NCBI GenBank assembly: GCA_052426225.1
Contig: JBNJNM010000012.1
Coordinates: 2,460,971-2,524,970, forward strand
Length of the DNA stretch: 64,000 bases
From: Zancudomyces culisetae HAW-14-8
Taxonomy: Eukaryota; Fungi; Kickxellomycota
Reading direction: 5' to 3'
The notes below the pieces were generated by a model. It had not been told where the DNA came from. It ran no database searches and was given only the letters and a program-made list of their open reading frames with translations. Within the stretch, counting starts at the first letter, position 1; each line of letters opens with the position of its first letter. The translations under genes were made by a program, and so were the position numbers. Below, one piece after another: positions 46,330 through 58,800 of this stretch.

Positions 46330-47167
46330 TCAAAAAATCAACAGAACACTGATTTTTCTTTTGAGAATGTCCATCCACCCTAATCCACAATTGTTCAAAT
46401 GACAGTATCTTTCATATGCAAGTGCATCCCATTTTTCGTCTACACAGATTTTGGTTCTCAAGCGTGTTTGCATTCCGTTGCAGTCACTCACAGTATCGAG
46501 TTCAACACATCTCATATAGGTTCTGGCCAAAACTTTTACTGTAACACCAGCCTTAACCCAAGTACATATAGATTCACCTGTTCTCAGATTTGAATCAACA
46601 TTAAAGCCAATATACTGACTGATTACACATTAGGCAAATCGTGTCCTGAGTATTTTATTTGATTTCTGTCAAAGTCCTTGTATGAGAATGACCAGTACTT
46701 GAACCAGTGTCATGATCCATTCATGACATTATTGCTATTTTTAATAATTTGGTTTTACCCCATATTATTAAATGTTAACTGCGGAGTTGCAGTTAATATT
46801 ATTTAGTTTAAGTTATAGTTTAAGTATAGTTTTTATAATGTTTTACAATTAATTTTGTATATTGTTAAACTATATAAGGACAAGGATTTTATTGCTTTAG
46901 GAAACTTTAGCAATAAAATACCTTTCATCTCATAGTATTTTATTAAATAAATCATAGCCAAGTAAACATATAGTACTTAGTGTCAAGTCGTGACAACCAG
47001 TCTCCCGCATTCATAGGTATTTCACCGCTCAGATCTCTCCAATACGTATGTTCCGTACAAGGGTATGCGTTGGTGACTGTAACCTTACATGCTAGGTCTT
47101 TCTGAAAATCTGACGATGCTAGGATGAATTGCAATAACGCAATCAAAATCAATAGCTTTTTAAACAT
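46330..47167 (-). pseudogene. Secreted beta-rich cysteine protein gene disrupted by a solo LTR and a frameshift
   Basis: Signal MFKKLLILIALLQFILA. Removing LTR 46708-46995 and one TSD copy restores ...MNAGDWFKYWSFSYKDFDRNQIKYSGHDLPN; a 2-bp (GT) slip near 46628 then leads to VISQYIGFNVDSNLRTGESICTWVKAGVTVKVLARTYMRC... Confidence 0.8.
46708..46995. mobile_element. Solo LTR, same family as 60969-61363
   Basis: TGTCATGA...TCGTGACA termini; perfect 5-bp TSD ACCAG (46703-46707 / 46996-47000). Confidence 0.9.
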
Positions 47168-47323
47168 GGTAAAAACTAATTTAGGTTCTACAATTTTTAA
47201 TTTTTCAACTATCAATTATCTGACAACCTTAGATCGATAGTTGATACTTTGATGTTTATTATTTTTACTTTGAAAAACAGAAATGATTATAATATAAGTC
47301 AATCTTATAGGAACGTATAAATA

Positions 47324-48314
47324 CAGTGAGTTTCAAAAATGTCTCAAAATATTGAAAATAATTTTCAAAGTGTAATATTGTCAAGATCTGGAGTCAGGAG
47401 AGTTATATTTATTATTATTAAAGTTTATTGTATGAATGTATACAAGATACTAGATACTGAATCCAAGACAGGAAAATTGTACCCTTTTTATACTTTTTTC
47501 CAGCCTTGGTTTTTGAACAAAATCACTATGAAAACTGCGGAATAGCTAAAAATGAAAGGTAAAGAATTATGTGTTTGATTACTAATCAAATTGGATTAGT
47601 AATCAAACAAAAATCAAATATGAATGCTAATAAAATTAAACATGTGTAAATTATTACGTAAGAAAAATTAAGAAATAATGTGAAAGAACGGTAATGTTCT
47701 AGAATGTTATGGAACATTCTAAACATTACTGCGGAATAGAATCAGTTCATGACAAATATCTCGCTCAATAATATCCAGAAATTATATGTATTTTATATTA
47801 TAAAATGCACAAATGTTATATTCAGATTAATATAAACTGTATTTTTATTGGTTAAAAATTCATTATGAAATTGTAAATTGAAAAAATTTTAAAAATGAGA
47901 CAATTTTGGGAATTTTTCAAAAAAAAAATTTAAACAATCATAATTTATGAATACTAATCTTAATTTTTAAAACTTTTACATACAAATTTAATAAATTTAT
48001 TAAACTAATTAAAAATTATACAATTTAAAAAATTATATCTGAACAACATAAACTGGATATTAAAAACGCGTTACTTGAAGGCAGAAGCATTGACCAAATC
48101 ATTATAGAAAATGGAGTTAGTAATGCAACAATATACAGAATAAAAGCAGCAATGAATATCAATTTACCGGCTAATAAACGCGGTTGTCCAGCGAAGCTTT
48201 CACTCCAAAGCAAGCATATCTGTACTAGGGTGATATTATCTGGAGCGTATCGATCTGCTACTTCGGTACAAAAGAAGTTAGAAATGGATAATATTGTTAA
48301 TGCTAGTAAGTCTA
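47324..48314 (+). mobile_element. 5' fragment of a Tc1/mariner element (left TIR plus transposase HTH region)
   Basis: TA|CAGTGAGTTTCAAAAATG at 47322; frame ~48030-48314 EQHKLDIKNALLEGRSIDQIIIENGVSNATIYRIK...RGCPAKLS (HTH and GRPR-like); cut off by the gypsy LTR at 48315. Confidence 0.65.
47379..47754. mobile_element. Solo LTR nested in the Tc1 fragment, containing two strong hairpins
   Basis: TGTCAAGA...TCATGACA termini; TSD AATAT on both sides. Confidence 0.8.
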
Positions 48315-49849
48315 TATCAAGGCTATGGCTCCAGGTACGTTAATCGATCTATGATTTATTTATTATTACTATTTTATTGCTAAAGATTCAAAAGCAATAA
48401 AATGATTAATATCTAAATAAATGAGTTTTGCATGAAAAGTTTTACAAAAAATTTTAGAAAAAATTTTTGAATAAAATTTAACCAATGAAATTCTTAAATT
48501 TTATTCATGGCATGATTGGTTCATGACATTACCCCAGCCTTAGAGCAGCCATATGTCTTAGCATGGCTTGTCAGGGTACTTAGCATGGAATTGTTTTATC
48601 AGTTTGGTAGCGTGGACATCAGTGAATCTTCCTAAGTACGATCTTCAGGACCATAGCCATCCCAATCAATCAGATACTTGAGTTTTCCCTTAACTATCTT
48701 TGAGTCTAGTATTTGACGAACTAAATACTCTTCTTGGTTGTTTACTATTAGTGGAGGGGGCTGAGGCTGTGATCTTAAAGTCTGAATTGATTCTTGAACT
48801 GGTTTAAGCAGTGATACATGGAAGACAGGATGAATCTTCATGGAAGGTGGCAGTGATAATCTTGCTGTAACAGGGTTGATTATTTCTGTGATAGTGTACG
48901 GCCCGCTATATTTGTAGTCTAACTTAGTTGATGGTCTTTGGCTTTGAATGTTTGTCTGTGATAGCCATACTTTAACTCCTGTTCTAAAATCACTCGTATC
49001 ACTTCTATTCTTGTCAGCATGTTTTTTGTAGCTTACTTTAGCTTTGGTTAATTGGATCTGTAGATTGTCTTGTATCATTTTTAGATGTTTTACAAATTCT
49101 TGGGCGCTTGGGACATTTGAAACTGTAGTTGTGTCAAGGTATAATTCGGGGTCATAACCATAGTTAGCTCGGAATGGGCTTATTCCTGTATATGCATGGA
49201 TCGCATTGTTATATGCGAATTCGGCCAGTGGCAGTAATTGAGACCAATCGTCTTGTTGGAAGTTAGTAAAACAACGATGGTATTGCTCCAATACTTGATT
49301 CACCCTTTACGTCTGACCGTCCAATTGAGGGTGGTATGCCGATGACAGATGAGACTTCATGTTTAGAAGTCGAAGTAGTTCCTTCCAAAACTTTGAAATA
49401 AACTGTGATCCTCGATCAGAGATAATACTTTTGGGCATTCCGTGAAGCTTGAAGATGTGATCTATGAATTTAGTGGCTGTCTCAATAGCTGTGGGTATAG
49501 CGCGGAGAGGAATAAAATGTGCCATTTTCGTTAGGCGGTCAACAACTACAAAAATGACTGTATGGTTCATTGATTTAGGCAGTTCAACTATAAAGTCCAT
49601 TGATATTAATTGCCATGGTCCCTTAGGTGTGTCTAGTGGCATGAGTAATCCACGGGGTTTGCACAAGCTATGCTTAGCCCTATTGCATGTATCGCAACTA
49701 TTAATATATTCTTGAACAAATCCTCTCATTTTAGGCCACCAGAATTTTCTTGAAATGAGGCCTTGGGTCTTGGAACGGCCAAAGTGGCCAGCTAGTGGTG
49801 CGTCGTGATACATATGCAAAACTTGAATACGGAGAGCATCTGGTACTTA
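48315..49849 (-). mobile_element. 3' fragment of a Ty3/gypsy chromovirus (integrase, chromodomain, PPT, 3' LTR 48315-48528)
   Basis: HHCC zinc finger (HDAPLAGH...CDTC), ISMDF, ISDRG, GQT*RVN (internal stop), GPY motif, chromodomain YLIDWDGYGPEDRT; PPT AAGGCTGGGGTAA beside an LTR end TCATGACA. Confidence 0.9.
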
Positions 49850-51459
49850 CAGTGACTCAAAAAATTGTTCAAATGATTTTGATGTTCATTAAAAAAACAT
49901 TATATCTGACGAATACTATATCGTATCCCTATAAATTTTACAAATATTATACATCCATATACCATGTATAACATATTAATTTTTAGAATACTTAAACCAG
50001 CCAATCAACTGTAGTTATACTTTTTGTAATAATATTTTATTTGAACAATTTTTTGGTTTTAAATTAAAATTATTAATTTTGATGATATCTTTTTCATAAT
50101 GTTAGCTTTCATTATAAAAATTTATATGTTACTAGTTATAATTCACAATTATCTACTCAATACATTTTAGTTTAGAAATATAAATTTATGATCAATTTAA
50201 ATACGATGAAAAAACTAAATAATGAAAAAGTTTGGAGTGTTATAAATCTGCTGGATAATGGATACTCATATAGCCAAATTGCATCTAAATTATCTATTCG
50301 TAAAGGGACAATATCTAACATAAAAAAAAAGTATCGTTCATCAATAAAAAATTTATCACCTGGCAGCCCAAATAAATATACAAAAGCTAATGAGCGATTA
50401 ATAATTCGGAAAATTACGTCTGGACAATTTGATACAGCGACAGACTCTACAAAATTTCTCAAGAATAATGGCATCGTAACTGTGGTTCCTCAAATGTTCG
50501 AAATAGGTTTAATAAAAATGGTTTAAGTGCAAAACCTAAGGTCAAAAAACCTATGCTAAAATTAGGCCATAATTAACAACGACTTGCATTTGCTAAAAAA
50601 TAACAGCATTAGACTGTAGAAGACTGGAAACGTGTGACATGGTCTGACGAGACTAAAATTAACAGATTTGGGTCAGATGGGCGCATGTGGTGCTGGAAAA
50701 AACAAGGGAGCCAGTTAAAACCGAACCATGTTAAAAAAACTATAAAACATGGTGGAGGTTCAATCATGGTATGGGGATGCATGACTTCAGAAGGCCCAGG
50801 ATATCTTACTAAAATTGATTGCTGACTTAATGCAGAATTGTACCATGATATTCTTGAAGACGAACTGGTAAAATCAATGGAGTGGTACGACTTAGACAGG
50901 GTTAGTACAATTTTTCAGCATGATAACGATCCAAAACACACCGCGAAAATTACTAAAGAATGGTTGCAAACTAACTCAATTCAGATGCTTGAATGGCCAG
51001 CGCAGTCACCTGACCTAAATCCAATTGAACATCTATGGGTCAATTTGAAAAGACGGCTGTTAAATCACAAAAATGCACCAAAAGGGATAAACGAACTTTG
51101 GGACCGCGTACAAGACGAGTGGCATAAAATAACACGTGACGAGTGTATGTCGCTAATCAGTAGCATGCCATCAAGAATTAATGCTGTATTGAAAGCTAGG
51201 AGTGGATATACTAAATACTAGTTTATTTACGTTTATATATTTTTTTAGTACTAGCAAAAAATTTGAATTTAAAATAATTTTACAAAAAGCATAACTACAG
51301 TTGATTGGCTGGTTCAAGTATTCTTCAAAATTGATTGGTTATACATGGTATATGGATGTATAATGATTGTAAAATTCATAGTCATACGATATAGTATTCG
51401 TGAGAATACTAATTTTTGAATGAACATCAAAAACATTTGAACAATTTTTTGAGTCACTG
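49850..51459 (+). mobile_element. Tc1-family (DD34E) DNA transposon with ~200-bp TIRs; transposase pseudogenised
   Basis: TA|CAGTGACTCAAAAAATTGTTCAAATG...CATTTGAACAATTTTTTGAGTCACTG|TA; motifs WSDETK, KHGGGSIMVWG, FQHDNDPKH, WPAQSPDLNPIE; stops and a frameshift split the ORF at 50188-51221. Confidence 0.95.
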
Positions 51460-51526
51460 TATATTGACTGTAAAGTCCTATGTTGTAGAAAGATATAACT
51501 ATGAAGGCATAATTGAAATAAGGTTT

Positions 51527-51566
51527 GACATTATCGTTTCTGAAACAATTTATTGTTCCTCCTCAG
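51527..51566 (-). ncRNA. Degenerate hammerhead-ribozyme-like motif near the 3' end of the Penelope-like element
   Basis: Minus strand: CTGAGGA-ggaacaat-aa-attgtttc-a-GAAAC-gataat-GTC; core boxes and stem II are present, stem I pairs poorly. Confidence 0.35.
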
Positions 51567-52982
51567 TTGTGTTATGCATCATTATTACTGATTATATGAT
51601 TTGAAAAATTTATTATATTCAATCAAGTTTACAAAGTAGAGTTAATTAATTTGTTGAGTGTAATATTTTTTAGTAAACTATATTATGATTGTAGATTATT
51701 TTTATATATCATAACGGATACCTTTAAATATAATTGAATATAATATTTAAATATGTGAATATGAATATTAAATACATGATTTTTGCGACTTTGTTGGTAT
51801 ATAGATGTGTATTGAATCAGATTATAATGGTTTTATTCTTATTGTTATAAAAAATTATATAATCATATAATGTACTTCTTTGTAATTATATAATAATAAT
51901 TCGTATATGCTATAAAAAGTTAATTTTCATTTAATTTATAGTATTTGTTAAAGCGTTATATGTATTAAACAATTATTAGATAATTGTTACATAATAAAGT
52001 TAATTAGTCAACAGTTTGATATCGTTGTGTATTGAATGAAAAGTATATTAATAGATATTAATTCTCTAAACGATAATGATTCTTTTCACTAATTAAGGTA
52101 TTTGGTATAATCAGCATAATTTTTCATAGTTGGTATATAATGATATAATTTTTTAAAAACAAAATAAAAATTTGGTTGATCAAACTTAATACAAAGTAAA
52201 TTTGTGATTAGGTTGGTAATTTGAATTTCCAAAATTATTATACAGAGTTTGTGAGATTGATTTAAAGATCTTCCGATTCATCGGAAAATTACCTTGAATA
52301 CCGACTTTCTGTGTTGGAGCATCTATAGTGATAGGATTGGGGCTGGGTTTGAATCAGCCCTATAATTATCCTTGAAATATTCGGCTTGAGCTTTTTTTAG
52401 CCCAAATTTTAGTAGGTAATCACCAAGATTCGGTAGTTTTTTCAAGCAATAATAAATCTAAATTTTTACTTAGAGCAGTTTTAGATAGTTTGAGTTCATG
52501 TATGAATCTTTGTAATATTTGGTAGTTTGAATGTTTGTTGTAGAATATTACTAATGGAACAATGTTTTTAAAGGTTTATTGGTCGTTTTTAGCAATAATT
52601 TTCTAACATCGTATGTGTTTTTAATAAATATGTCATTTATGAATTTTATGTTATATCATCGTGCTATTGTCGTTCTATGAATAATTATCGAATATCAACA
52701 AAGTCATTATAATCTGTGCGTTGTCATAATATCAGTTTAGTTCACCAGATATAACTGCTTATTTAGTAGAAATGCTGTGTTTAGAAAAAAATGGTATTTA
52801 TCCGTATAGATTAAGAGGTTTTTAATACGTTTTGAAACTGATATTTATTTCAGTATTTACGTAAACAGTTTTATCAAGGATGTCTACAGTATTAGATGAA
52901 ATCATAGCGAGGGTCATATTTATTCCAGGGATGCTGTTGTTGACGGTGTGTATAAGTTTGGATAAATTGTCTTTGTGGGTTA

Positions 52983-54272
52983 TGTTATAGCCAATAATAT
53001 TACTTCTTATTACCCATAATTAATCTTAATATTTTATCTTCTATTTAATCATTTCGTTTATGCTTCGTTGTAATTCTCTAAGAATTTCAACTTGTTTATT
53101 CAATAAATCTCGTTCTGTGAAAGGTTACAGTTAGGAATGGACAATTCCCGGTAATAATTATAGTTACATTTTGGCTTATGATAAATTTAACCTATTATAT
53201 TATTTCATAACCGGCTTTCAAAAATGTTATCCGACATTGAAATCATGTTAGCAAAATACACCATCAAATATCAGAATTTATTTATAGAAAATTTACTAAA
53301 TAAATTCAAGAAATTTTACAATTATCAAATTTATAATAATCCATGGTAAAACTGGATAGACAAAATCCATAGTTATTATATAAACATAATACATGATTTA
53401 ATTAATAAATAAAATCTATGCCAAAATCAATAAATAAAATCAATGCAAAAATCTATCTACAAAATCAATGCTAAAATTTGTATACTAAATCGATGCTAAA
53501 TTGATAAACAAAATTAATGTTAAAGTTTATAAACAAAATCAATGTAAAATCAACAATAAAAATGATAAGTTTAACGAAAAGTAGATACCTAATCTAATTA
53601 GATTATACATGATAAATTTTTATTACTATTATATTGTCTTTAGTATTTCTTCATATTCTAAATAATTGATAGAAATTTTATAAACCCTTCGAAATTCCGT
53701 TGGGTGTCATGATCCAATCATGACATTTTGGGGAAACCCAAAATTATTTCGTTATTGGGGCAAAACAAAAACGAAATTAATTTTGGGAAAAAACCAAAAT
53801 AAAATTAAATTTGGGTAAAATCAAAATTAACCACATTTTGAGAAAAAGGAAATTATCCACATTTTGGGTAAACCAAAATTGGTTCACATTCTTTTTCAAT
53901 TTCCCAACCCCCAACTCATTATTAAATTACATTTAATATCGAGTTGTGCTGTTTGTTTCATGCCTAGTTATTTATTGTAGTTAAATTATATTTGAATTTA
54001 AAGTGAGTTTTTTAACTTTAAATACTTAGTGATTTTATTGTAAAGATCTTTAGCAATAAAATAACAACTTCTTTAACTATAGTTTTCGACAATAAATTAA
54101 ATAATGATATCACTCAGTTGTCAAGTCCTGACATTGGAATACATCAGAGAAGAATATAGTATAGTAACTCATCTGTTAATATAATTTTTTAAATACTTAC
54201 TTTTTCTAATAAATAAATAATAAGAATAACAAACCCATATTCTCAGTTATGAGCAGCTCGTTGTTTATAACA
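52983..54272. mobile_element. LTR-like insertion (TGTTATA...TATAACA) splitting the PLE RT just after the YIDD-equivalent motif
   Basis: Inverted termini and 4-bp TSD GTTA (52979-52982 / 54273-54276); excision restores the PLE frame FLITHKDNLSKLIHTVNNSIPGIN. Confidence 0.75.
53705..54133. mobile_element. Solo LTR nested within 52983-54272
   Basis: TGTCATGATCCAATCATGACA...TGTCAAGTCCTGACA; near-perfect TSD TTGGG/TTGGA; termini shared with the 46708 and 60969 LTRs. Confidence 0.8.
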
Positions 54273-55891
54273 GTTATCAAGAATATATCGTTAATAGATC
54301 TGTATTTATGAAGGCAATATATTTTTTAAATATTATCTATAGGTTGAAAGTATAGTATAGCCCATTTGGACAGCTGCATTGGATCCCATTGCGATACCAA
54401 TAATTTATATAAATACATATTTATTATACATAAAATAGTTGGATTCACAAATGGTTTTTGTGGCATCAGTTAGTTATTGAGATTTATTCAATATAAATAT
54501 AGTGCTGACAAAGTTTTGATTATAATTGTTGAATTAAAGTAACAACATCGAGTGATCCTATGATGTAGTTATTAGGATTAACTTTGTTTTCAAGTTGTTT
54601 GATCAATTCTAGGTAATTATTTAGATTACTTGGTTTTCTTATTCGATTAATATATTGATATTGTTTTATATAGAATCTTTATTAGCCAATTGGTAGCAGA
54701 TGTAATTGGACGAAATTAATTGGCGTTTTATATATTTTAATAAATATTAGTTATGCTGTAATTGGATAAAATTATCTATATGTAGTAGACGTGTTTGAAT
54801 TTTGGATAATATATTGTTGAGAAGTTTTTAATTAGAATTTATAGATGAATTATAAAATACTTAATCATCGATGTCATCTGAGTTATTACGAATTTGTACA
54901 ATATTGTTAGTGTTGTTTAGTATTTTCAATACTTGTTTGTGATAATCTTGTGTATCCATGATTATAGGGCCTATGTGGTTATTGAATATATTATGTTAAT
55001 ACTTCCGTCAAGGTTGATATCATTGATAACGTTAGGTATAAAGATTTAGATTTCTCTGTGAGTTTAGGAGTGGTTGTATAAAATAATTTTTTCTCAAGAA
55101 TTTCTGTATAATTTATTAATAATTTGTCATCAACGTTGTTAGAGTATATAATCATGTGATAAAATATGTGTGGTATTAAAAAAGTAAGGTCAATGTTATG
55201 TATTTCATTGTTGAGTAATTAAGGTATGTGTTTAAAGCAATTGTTTATTATAAGTAGTTTACTTTCTGATTTGGAAGTCATGCTGTGAAAAAAAGTAACT
55301 GTATCTAGATATTTTTTAGTTGACTTTGTTGTATTTTGGTAAAGTTACTTAGAAACTGTTGATGTTATTGATGTCTGAAGTGAAAACAGTGTTATATTTT
55401 TTTTTGAATATTATGTTGTGGTTACTTCTTTGGACCTTGTTTTCTTTTGAAAGATTTATGTTGTTGATTACACTTATATTGTTGTTTAATAATTGTCTTT
55501 TGTTGGATTTGTAGTTTATTAGCTATCCTTTGGTGTTTATTCTTGCTGAGGTATATTTTAGATATTTTGGTTATATTGGTTGATGGTTTCGAAGCAATTT
55601 GTTGCCATAATTTACATATCTTTGTCCATTTAAACTAGCTTGTGTATCTACGGTTTTCGAGTTTTGTTCTAGTTCTTGTCGCTTAATAGCCTTCTTAGCT
55701 TCAGCAATTATATGATTTTTTTAGTTTTCTTGAGTTAAAATTAATCTTAAAAATTTGAAGTTAAATATAAAAGATATTGAGGAGGTCAGCTTCAAATTTT
55801 GTAATTGTATCAGCAAGTGAAGTATTAGAAGCAATGATTTTATATCTAAAGTGAATTTTGTATAAAGTATTTTACTTTTTTTGTTTATCAG

Positions 55892-58800
55892 TGTCATGAA
55901 CTTTTTATTTTGGTTAATTTGGTAATTATAATTACTACTATAAAATATATATTAATTGTGACACTTGTTGTCGATAAGTTTTTCTGAAGGAATATAGAAT
56001 GCTATTTAAACTTTTTGTTTGTAATCTATAAATTTAATATTAAATACTAAAATGTTGCATTAATAGAAAGTAGTTAAAATTAATGAACTATTGAAAGTAA
56101 AATTGTGTTTTGTGCTAGTTTCAATACTAAACATGTTTAAAATCATATTTCTGATTCATCCAAATCATGTTTGATGTTGTTTGTTGATTTAAATTAAAAC
56201 TGATTAATATTAGTTTATGACAGTATTCCCTCTCTTAGTGTCGATCTCTGAGCGACATTGGTTTATTCGGGTTTTTATTATGGTACTTTTCCACAAGTTC
56301 TTTTGTATTTGTTAGATGTTCGGCTGGTTACCAAGTTTTTTCGCTTGCGTCGTACCCTTTCCAGTCCACTAGATATTGTAGTTTATTATATTTAATACGA
56401 CTGTCTAATATTTGTTTGACTTTGTATTCTGATATTCCATCAACTAGTACCGGTAATGGAGTTTCATGAATTCGGTCTTCAATAGTGTTGTTAGTTACTA
56501 TTTCTAGAAGGGAATCGTGAAAGACAGGATGTACTTTCATAGTCGTAGGAAGTTGAAGTTCGTATGCTACTTTGCTTAATTATATAACTATTGTGAATGG
56601 ACCTAATTTAGTATAATCTAGTATGTTATTTGGTCTGTTAGTTTTTATTATTTTCTATTTAACCACACTTTTGATCCTATATTAAACTCGGGTTCTGATT
56701 GTCTGTTTTTATCATAAGCTTTAGGTATCTTTCATTTGCATTTTTAATAATTTTTATAAGTTCCTTGAAATTTGTGACATTTTCTGAGTTAAATCTGTGA
56801 TTATGGGCGAGTTACTGGGTGAAGTCAAAATATTTGATCGAAATATTGAAGGATGATAATCGGTATTAGCGTAGAATGGTGAAAATTTTGTAGTTGAGTG
56901 TTTTCAGTAATTATATGCAAATTCTGCGAGTGCTAATAAATCATGCCAGTTTGTTTGGTTGTAGTTACAATAAATTCTGATATACTGTTCTAAAACTTGG
57001 TTTACTCGTTCCGTTTGACCATCCGTTTGTGGATGGTATGCTGTTGACATATTTAATTTTATATTTAATACTTTGGTAATAGTATTCCAAAATTTTGAAG
57101 TATAGATAGAACCTCTATCAGAGACGATATCTTTTGGCAGTCCGTGAAGTTTAAATATGTTATTGATAAATAGTTTTGCTGTTTGTGGTGCATTGATATT
57201 GCTATTTGTTGGAATAAAATGCGCCATTTTTGTTAGTCTATCTAAAATAACCAATACTAAATCGTAAGTTTGTGACAATGGTAATCCAACAATAAAATCC
57301 ATAGAAATTGATTCCCACGGTTTATCTGGAATCTGTAAAGGTTGTAGTTGACCATATGGTTTGTGTCTTATCGGTTTACATCTGCAACATTGATCGCATG
57401 AGTTAATATAATTTTTAATCATTTTTTTCATTTTTGGCCAATAATAGTATCAGGAAATCAGTTCAAAGGTTTTAGAATGTCCGATGTGTCCAGAAATAGG
57501 CGAATCGTGAAATTGGTTGAGTAGTAGTAGTTTGATTTCAATGTTATCTGGAATGTATGTTTTACCTTTAAAAGTAAGTATTTCATTGTCGTATTTATAA
57601 TCCTTTAGGTTTGGATATTCAGAGTTAGATGAATTGTTAATATGTTTCAATTTAGAAATAATGGAAATAGATTTAATATCTTTTTCGTAGCTACTATTAA
57701 ATATAGTTTTATCAAAATTATTATAACCATTGGTTCTACTGCTGCAATTATCAATTGTTCTGGCTTTAGCAAAGTTTTATTAGTACGTAGAGCGTCATCC
57801 CGCTCCTTAGGCAAATGATCCGGGCGTCGGGACAAAGCATCGGGTATCCCGTTAGATGAACCAGTTGCGTATTTAATAATGAAATTATAATTTCCTAATA
57901 ATTCTGCCCATCGTGCTTGAAGCCTTTTCTTAGTATTAGTGGTAGTCAAATATTCTAGATTTTTATGGTCAGTTAAAACCGTAATTTGATGTAATGCTCC
58001 TTCGAGTTATGATCTCCTTTCTTTAAAAGCCTCAATTATGGCTAACGTTTCGTTATCGTAAATTTCGTAGTTGATTTCAGCAGGTTGTAACTTTCTGGAA
58101 TAATATGCTAACGGGTGTAAATTGTTATTATCGTCGCGTTGTGATATAACTCCACCAATTGCGAAGTCTGATGCATCAGTTTCGATAGTAATTGATTTAT
58201 TCGGATCAAAATATTTTAAAATAAGTGCAGTTGTAAATGCTTTTATCAATTGATCGAAAGAGTTTTGTGCTTCAGTGCTCCAGTTCCATTTTTCATTTTT
58301 TCGTAACAATTTTGTTATAGGTGTCACAATCTTTAAAAAATTTATTATATATTTTCTATAGAAATTTGCAAAACCAATGAACGTTTGAATTTCATTTATT
58401 GTGGTTGGTGCAGATCATGTACTTACTGCTATTGTCTTTGTTATATCCATACTTACCCCATTATCGGAAACATTATATCCCAAGAATTCGACTTCTGTTT
58501 TGTGAAATCGACATTTTTCCAGTTTAACATATAGTGAATTATTTCGGAGTCTTCTTAATATATCTTTTACATGCTTAATATGGTATTCTAATTGTACTAT
58601 ATACCAGTATATCATATAAATATACTACTGCAAATCTATCTAAGCAGTCAGTTAATACATCATTCATGAAATATTAAACGATGCTGGAGCATTGCAGTGT
58701 CCGAATGGCATAACTCCATAATCATAGTGACCGTAACTCGTACAAAATGCACTTTTCCATTTTTCTCCCTTAGCAATTCTTATTAAATTATAAGCGCCTC

